Positions 1 through 4,442 of a DNA stretch of 6,114 nt are shown piece by piece. Origin of the DNA: Candidatus Nanopusillus sp. Its GTDB lineage: Archaea; Nanobdellota; Nanobdellia; Nanobdellales; Nanobdellaceae. The notes beneath the pieces are model-generated. The model had not been told where the DNA came from, made no database searches, and saw only the letters and a program-made list of their open reading frames with translations. Position 1 is the first letter of the stretch, and each line of letters opens with the position of its first letter. The translations under genes were made by a program, and so were the position numbers. The stretch covers positions 1 to 6,114 of the forward strand of contig JAWDOO010000016.1 of the NCBI GenBank assembly GCA_046533775.1. The letters run 5' to 3'.

Positions 1-202
1 GGATTAATGTAGATTCATACAAATTTAATATATTTTCAAATAAATCATTTCCATATAATAATTTATATATTTCTCCATATTGTGGGAAAGTATTTGAATA
101 AAATTGAAATTCTTTATCTAACAAATCTAAGTTAGAAGCAAAATAAAATAAAATTAATAATAATACAACAATTGTATATAAATATAATTGACTACGAGCC
201 AT
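1..202 (-). CDS. Hypothetical secreted or membrane-anchored protein; only the N-terminal 67 codons are present (runs off the left edge); not in the supplied ORF track
   Basis: Minus-strand ATG at 202..200 opens a frame with no stop through position 2: MARSQLYLYTIVVLLLILFYFASNLDLLDKEFQFYSNTFPQYGEIYKLLYGNDLFENILNLYESTLI. A 67-codon open frame is unlikely by chance in DNA this AT-rich and stop-prone. The N-terminus (M-A-R-S followed by about 20 hydrophobic residues and then S-N-L) parallels the N-terminus of the upstream 604-aa ORF. The start overlaps that ORF's stop (ATGGCTCGTAG). Confidence 0.6.
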   Translation of the reverse strand, partial: MARSQLYLYTIVVLLLILFYFASNLDLLDKEFQFYSNTFPQYGEIYKLLYGNDLFENILNLYESTLI

Positions 203-2006
203 ATACAGAGAATTTAGAATATCCTAGGCCATATGGATAAACTATACTGCTATAAAATTTATACCCACTTGGTACTGGATTTACATTGAAATAACTCCAA
301 TAATTATATAATATTATTGGTATTAATTGATCTGAATAATAAACATTTACAGGATAACATTGGCTAATATTAATATTCGAAGATAATATATTATTCTGAT
401 AATTTGGGGGAATTGAATAATCTATTATTAATTGAGAATATGGTTCTACAAAATTTATAGATTGTGGATTATTATATGCCTGCATATTATAATTTGGTTC
501 ATTTCCATATAATATTCCTGTATTTGGATTATAATTTTTACCATAATAAATTATTACTGGATTGTAATAATTAAAATCTTCTGAATAATATATATTTTCC
601 AATTGATTTATTGTTAATGGTTGATTATAAAATGCAATTACATATATATTTCCTAAAAATGTACATTGAGGGGAATACATTGTTGTAGGGGTTCCTAAAT
701 ATATTGTTTCATTTGGTGGATAATATAAATTTAAAGGTTGCAAAGATGACCAACCAGGATAAGGTATTATTTGACCATAATATATTCCGCTTTGATTTAT
801 AAATCCTCCATAAAATTGCCCATTACTACTATTATATTCCCAAAAAACAAAAACCCACTGATTCATTGGTAAAGGATAATTTGGTAAATATCCTATATTA
901 CTTTCATCTACCCCCAAATAATATTGACCATTGTTTGGTAAAATTATTTGACTAAATGTAGAACCTGCATAATCATTTAATCCAGATAAATGAACTATTG
1001 CGCTTATATAATTTTCTCCAGAAGCACAGGAAGAAGAATAATAGTCATTTATATAAATCCAAGCAACAACAGTTATTGATGTATTACCTGATAATTGAGA
1101 AGGATAATATGAAGAATTTATTAATTGGAAATATTGATTATTATTTGTAAAAGCTATAACATTAGATTGATCTAAACATTGGGGAGAAATATATAATGTT
1201 TCCCAACTAAATGGAAATATAACATATTGTACTAATTGAGCAGGTAAATTGTTCACCAATTTATAATTGTTTGTTAAATTTAAATAATTAAAATTAGTAT
1301 TTTCAGCCCTAAATAATATAATTATTGGTTGTGTATAACCATTAGGTAAATTTAATGATATATTTATTATTGGAACATATCCATTAGATGTACTAATATA
1401 AGATACATTTAAATATTGGATTTGTATTGGATATAAATCAATATTATATGCATAAAATGAATATGGATCTATAGTATAATTAACAAAACTTGTTACATTT
1501 GTTAAATTTAAATATATAGACAAATTGTTACCAGAATAACTAGATATTGCTACCCCATACCAATCATTACTTGACGCAATATTTCCACATAAATTTCCTT
1601 GTGAATTATATATTAAGAAAAAATTATTAACTTGTCCACTTATATTTAAAGAATATAATAAATTGTTTCCTAAATATGGGAAGGGAAATAAAAATTCATA
1701 ACATGTTGAATTATAAGTATTATAAAAATTCAAACTATAATCTATAGTTTGCTTTAAATCATAATAATTAAAATAACCTGATAACATACTATTATATATT
1801 GAAGCTAATACATCGAATTGATTTGTCTCCAAATAACTAAGAAATTTATCATTATAAGTATTTGCTAAGGCGGTATATAATGTATATTTTTTATTAAATA
1901 TATTTATATATTGTGAAGGATTTTGGGGAAATTGTAAATTTGTTAAGAATACTAATATTAAAGATACAACCAATATTATTTCTACTAAATAATTAAATGA
2001 TCTCAT
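192..2006 (-). CDS. Large Asn/Tyr/Ser-rich, very low-charge extracellular or surface protein. It has an N-terminal hydrophobic signal/anchor and two tandem LamG/concanavalin-A-like (jelly-roll lectin fold) segments.
   Basis: 604-codon ORF; the next in-frame upstream codon set hits TAA, so ATG 2006 is the first possible start. The N-terminus is MRS followed by about 20 hydrophobic residues (FNYLVEIILVVSLILVFLTNL). Residues ~283-475 follow the Laminin_G_3-type pattern: F-x-NNNQY-x-Q-L...SITVVAWIY...NQWVFVFWEYNSSNGQFYGGFIN...ETIYLGT...FLGNIYVIAFYNQPLTINQLENIY. My hand count gives about 15 N-x-S/T sequons, 6 Cys, and only about 10 Lys+Arg in 604 aa. There is no C-terminal TM segment. Confidence 0.75.
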   Translation of the reverse strand: MRSFNYLVEIILVVSLILVFLTNLQFPQNPSQYINIFNKKYTLYTALANTYNDKFLSYLETNQFDVLASIYNSMLSGYFNYYDLKQTIDYSLNFYNTYNSTCYEFLFPFPYLGNNLLYSLNISGQVNNFFLIYNSQGNLCGNIASSNDWYGVAISSYSGNNLSIYLNLTNVTSFVNYTIDPYSFYAYNIDLYPIQIQYLNVSYISTSNGYVPIINISLNLPNGYTQPIIILFRAENTNFNYLNLTNNYKLVNNLPAQLVQYVIFPFSWETLYISPQCLDQSNVIAFTNNNQYFQLINSSYYPSQLSGNTSITVVAWIYINDYYSSSCASGENYISAIVHLSGLNDYAGSTFSQIILPNNGQYYLGVDESNIGYLPNYPLPMNQWVFVFWEYNSSNGQFYGGFINQSGIYYGQIIPYPGWSSLQPLNLYYPPNETIYLGTPTTMYSPQCTFLGNIYVIAFYNQPLTINQLENIYYSEDFNYYNPVIIYYGKNYNPNTGILYGNEPNYNMQAYNNPQSINFVEPYSQLIIDYSIPPNYQNNILSSNINISQCYPVNVYYSDQLIPIILYNYWSYFNVNPVPSGYKFYSSIVYPYGLGYSKFSVYGS

Positions 2007-2029
2007 ATACCTATTATGAAAAAAATAAG

Positions 2030-2040
2030 TTTATATATTT
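2030..2040. promoter_or_regulatory. Putative shared, near-palindromic TATA element in the 53-bp divergent spacer
   Basis: TTTATATATTT (2030..2040) lies about 26-28 nt from both divergent start codons (ATG 2006 on - and ATG 2060 on +). It is flanked by A-runs on each transcribed strand (2019..2025 on +; 2038..2044 read as A on -), which could act as BRE-like purine tracts. The spacing fits leaderless transcripts. In DNA this AT-rich, TATA-like strings are common. Confidence 0.35.
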
Positions 2041-2059
2041 TTTTAAGAATATGTAAAAA

Positions 2060-2938
2060 ATGAGTATATTAATGAAAATCTTATCATTTATAGAAAAAAA
2101 TTACAAGAAGTTTTTAATAATTTCTATATCAATATTTGCAATATTTTTTGGAATAATATTATTTAATTACTTTAAGTACGGTTATATAATTAACAAATCT
2201 ATTACAATTTCTGGAGGTTATATAACATTAATAAATAATAATTATCATATAACAAATTCAGAAATACAAAATGTATTAAATCAAATGAATGTTACTAATT
2301 ATATATTATATAATACACCAAATATTGTTTATATTGAATCAGGAAAACAAATTAATGAAACACTATTAATTAATTTATTTAACCAGGATTATAATATTAA
2401 ATTATCTCCTACAGATATATCAGTACAACAATATAGTTCTTTAGTAGGTAATCTTATATTTAATCAATTTTTATTCTTTGTAATTTTAACTATGATACTT
2501 ACAGCATTTGTAATATTTATAGCATTTAGAGCTTCTAAGATTACTTTAAATATAATATCTACAATATTATTTGATGTTGTTGGATTATTATCAATATTAT
2601 CTATGACAAAATATCCTATAGGAGCGAATGGATTTATTGGAATGCTAATGATTTTAGGATTTGCAATTGATAATAATGTAGTATTATCAACAAATATAGT
2701 AAAGGAAAAAGATAAACCATTTATTGAAAGGGTAAGAATGTCTTTTAGGGTTGGAATGTTAATGGAAGTTATTGCATTATATACATTACTTTTATTATAT
2801 TTTATAGTACCGGAACCATCAGTTGACGAATTTGCATTTGTATTATCTGTTGCAATAATATTAGATTTATTATATTATCTTATTGGAAATATACCATTAT
2901 ATAAATATTTTGAAGCTAAAAAAGAACAAGAAAACTAA
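2060..2938 (+). CDS. secF: SecF-like protein-export membrane protein (SecD/SecF family six-TM unit)
   Basis: 292 aa with the SecF topology: TM1 (res ~17-37), a ~90-aa extracytoplasmic loop, then five clustered TMs. After TM1, SITISGGYITL resembles the GIDFTGGT motif of SecF/SecD. LGFAIDNNVVLSTNIVKE sits where the G-x-S-V-D-D-x-IV-x-x-DRIRE segment lies. Length matches archaeal SecF (~280-300 aa) rather than SecD. Confidence 0.6.
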   Translation: MSILMKILSFIEKNYKKFLIISISIFAIFFGIILFNYFKYGYIINKSITISGGYITLINNNYHITNSEIQNVLNQMNVTNYILYNTPNIVYIESGKQINETLLINLFNQDYNIKLSPTDISVQQYSSLVGNLIFNQFLFFVILTMILTAFVIFIAFRASKITLNIISTILFDVVGLLSILSMTKYPIGANGFIGMLMILGFAIDNNVVLSTNIVKEKDKPFIERVRMSFRVGMLMEVIALYTLLLLYFIVPEPSVDEFAFVLSVAIILDLLYYLIGNIPLYKYFEAKKEQEN

Positions 2939-3393
2939 ACATCAACAACAATTTCTGCACTCCAATAGGTTTTCATTATTTTCGTAATATTTATATCATG
3001 TAAAGTAACTGCTTTAACTTCTTTTTTAAATCCATGTTTTTCTTTATCGTATTTTTCTCCATAAACCTCAAATCTGCATACCCATTTATATTTTTTACTT
3101 TCAACCCTAACTCTCTTTAAATTTTTTACTCTTATATCTCTTACAGCAAACTTATCTTTATAAAAAACCTCTTCTAAACATATTCTAGCAACATTATATA
3201 TAATTTCCAATATATTTTTTCCTTCAATTACAAATTGTTTCGATTCTTTTTTCTCAACTTTCTCATTATCGTATATAATATTAAACATTCCCAATATTAA
3301 TGCCTCAATTGCTCTCTTTGGTGTATTCCCATAACCAACAATCTTTATATCTGCAGTATGATCTTCATATTCATATTCCCTCAAAACAGTCAT
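2935..3393 (-). CDS. Archease (activator/chaperone of the RtcB tRNA-splicing ligase and RNA-modifying enzymes)
   Basis: 152 aa. The N-terminal YEYEDHTADIKIVGYG carries the archease signature (E-x-x-x-HTAD-x-x-x-x-x-x-G). Size and the C-terminal KAVTLHDINI...AEIVVDV are typical of the family. Confidence 0.85.
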   Translation of the reverse strand: MTVLREYEYEDHTADIKIVGYGNTPKRAIEALILGMFNIIYDNEKVEKKESKQFVIEGKNILEIIYNVARICLEEVFYKDKFAVRDIRVKNLKRVRVESKKYKWVCRFEVYGEKYDKEKHGFKKEVKAVTLHDINITKIMKTYWSAEIVVDV

Positions 3394-3414
3394 ATTAAAA
3401 ATATTTTTAAATAA

Positions 3415-3423
3415 TTTTATAAA
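3415..3423 (-). promoter_or_regulatory. Putative TATA box for archease
   Basis: The minus strand reads TTTATAAAA, centred about 26 nt upstream of the archease ATG (3393). This is consistent with a leaderless mRNA. It lies directly after the D box of the sRNA. Confidence 0.35.
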
Positions 3424-3475
3424 TCAGTAGACCGACAATTCATCATTTTTCAGATTTTACATTCTCATCATAAAA
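3421..3475 (-). ncRNA. C/D box sRNA (2'-O-methylation guide RNA) with complete C, D', C' and D boxes
   Basis: The minus strand reads 5'-uuuu AUGAUGA gaauguaaaau CUGA aaa AUGAUGA auugucggucua CUGA uuu-3'. C box is at 3471..3465 and D' at 3453..3450. C' is at 3446..3440 and D at 3427..3424. The guides are 11 nt (3464..3454) and 12 nt (3439..3428), and the D'-C' loop is 3 nt. This is the canonical archaeal C/D sRNA geometry, about 50-55 nt in total. The D guide region is the most GC-rich stretch of the spacer. Confidence 0.8.
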
Positions 3476-3477
3476 GA

Positions 3478-3505
3478 TAAATATATTAAAATTTTTAAAT
3501 AAATA
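3478..3505. promoter_or_regulatory. Putative interleaved divergent TATA elements, one for the PEBP gene (+) and one for the C/D sRNA (-)
   Basis: AAATATATTAAAA (about 3478..3490, +) is centred ~27 nt upstream of ATG 3512. On the minus strand, TTTATTTAAA (about 3503..3494) is centred ~26 nt upstream of a start a few nt 5' of the C box. Both calls rest on spacing in extremely AT-rich DNA, so support is weak. Confidence 0.25.
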
Positions 3506-3511
3506 TATTTT

Positions 3512-4018
3512 ATGGAAATATTGGATATAAAATTACCCGACAATATAATAAAAGTAAATGTATATTCAAGTTCTTTTAGAGATTTAGAAAAAATACCAAA
3601 GGATTATACATGTGAAGGAAAAAACATATCATTTCCAATAGTAATTGAAGAAATACCAAACAATACAAAAAGTATGTTATTATTTGTAGAAGATCCTGAT
3701 GCACCTGGTGGTATATTTAAACACTGGATTGCATATATAAATAAACCAATAAAAAATATACCTCCAGGAATAAAAAAGGAAAGAATTGTTAAAATAGATG
3801 ATGTACAAATTATTCAGGGTAAAAATGATTTTGGAAAAATTGGATATGATGGTCCATGTCCTCCAAAAGGTCATGTTAAACATAGATATTATACAATAAT
3901 ATTATTTCTAAATAAAGAATTATATATAGATGGATGGTTCTTTGATGATTTTATTAGATATGTAAAGGAAGAAAATATTATTGGATATGGATATTTTATA
4001 GGTACATATGAAAGATAA
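3512..4018 (+). CDS. PEBP-family protein (YbhB/YbcL, Raf-kinase-inhibitor-like)
   Basis: 168 aa carrying the family motifs: LLFVEDPDAPGG (DPDAP), HW, GYDGPCPPKGHVKHRYYTIILFL (G-P-x-P-P-x-G-x-HRY). Size is typical of prokaryotic YbhB-type PEBPs. Confidence 0.85.
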   Translation: MEILDIKLPDNIIKVNVYSSSFRDLEKIPKDYTCEGKNISFPIVIEEIPNNTKSMLLFVEDPDAPGGIFKHWIAYINKPIKNIPPGIKKERIVKIDDVQIIQGKNDFGKIGYDGPCPPKGHVKHRYYTIILFLNKELYIDGWFFDDFIRYVKEENIIGYGYFIGTYER

Positions 4019-4037
4019 TTTTTTTAATATTTTTATC
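4019..4037 (+). promoter_or_regulatory. T-rich spacer: probable oligo-T terminator for the PEBP gene, overlapping a TATA-like element for rps15
   Basis: Seven consecutive T (4019..4025) start right after the TAA stop, matching the archaeal oligo-T termination signal. TTTTTAATATTTTTA follows, centred ~22-26 nt upstream of ATG 4050. The whole spacer is only 31 bp. Confidence 0.3.
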
Positions 4038-4049
4038 ATTTAAACTAGT

Positions 4050-4442
4050 ATGGAAAATAATCAAATATCAAAAGAACAAATTAATGATATAATAAAAGAA
4101 TTATGGAATAAAGGATATACACCATCACAAATTGGGAGAGAATTAAAGGAAAAATATGGTATAAAGGTTAAAGAAATATTAAATAAAAAATTGGTAAAAT
4201 ATGCGATAAAAGAATTGAATTTAAAACAAGAAATACCAGAAGATTTATTATATTTATTTAAAAAAATAAATAGAATGCTAAAACATTTAGAATTAAATAG
4301 AAAGGATATTGTAACAAAGAAAAAATTGGAAGAACTTGAAAGTAAAGTAAAAAGCTTAATAAAATACTATAAGAAAAATAAAAAATTACCACAAACATTT
4401 GAATATAGTAGAGATATAGCAAAGATGTATGGATATTCATGA
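4050..4442 (+). CDS. rps15: 30S ribosomal protein uS15 (archaeal S15P / eukaryotic S13e type), short form
   Basis: 130 aa. KGYTPSQIGRELKEKYGI...EIPEDLLYLFKKINRMLKHLELNRKDIVTKKKLEELESKVKSLIKYYKKNKKLP aligns with the archaeal S15 core as I recall it from Sulfolobus: RGYPPSMIG..RDQYGV...[52 protein letters not shown]. An in-frame TAA at 4041..4043 rules out a longer N-terminus. Confidence 0.9.
   Translation: MENNQISKEQINDIIKELWNKGYTPSQIGRELKEKYGIKVKEILNKKLVKYAIKELNLKQEIPEDLLYLFKKINRMLKHLELNRKDIVTKKKLEELESKVKSLIKYYKKNKKLPQTFEYSRDIAKMYGYS

Noticed and set aside
2051-2056. ATG-TAA mini-ORF just upstream of the SecF-like start
   Set aside because: It is a one-codon ORF inside the presumed promoter/leaderless region, and such strings occur by chance in AT-rich DNA. 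There is no evidence of function.
3428-3439. Possible LSU rRNA target for the D guide (resemblance of UAGACCG to the conserved UUUAGACCGUCGUGAGACAG segment)
   Set aside because: Only about 7-8 contiguous complementary positions from memory, and pairing fails over the rest of the 12-nt guide. That is too weak to assert without the organism's own rRNA sequence.
3440-3471. Direct repeat TCATCAT (3440..3446 and 3465..3471) on the plus strand, first considered as paired transcription-factor binding sites
   Set aside because: It is better explained as the reverse complements of the C' and C boxes (AUGAUGA) of a minus-strand C/D box sRNA, because correctly spaced CUGA boxes accompany both copies.
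3680-3883. 67-aa minus-strand ORF from the supplied track
   Set aside because: It lies entirely antisense within the well-supported PEBP gene. Its Phe/Ile/Tyr/Asn-rich low-complexity translation is typical of shadow frames in AT-rich DNA, and it has no recognisable motifs.
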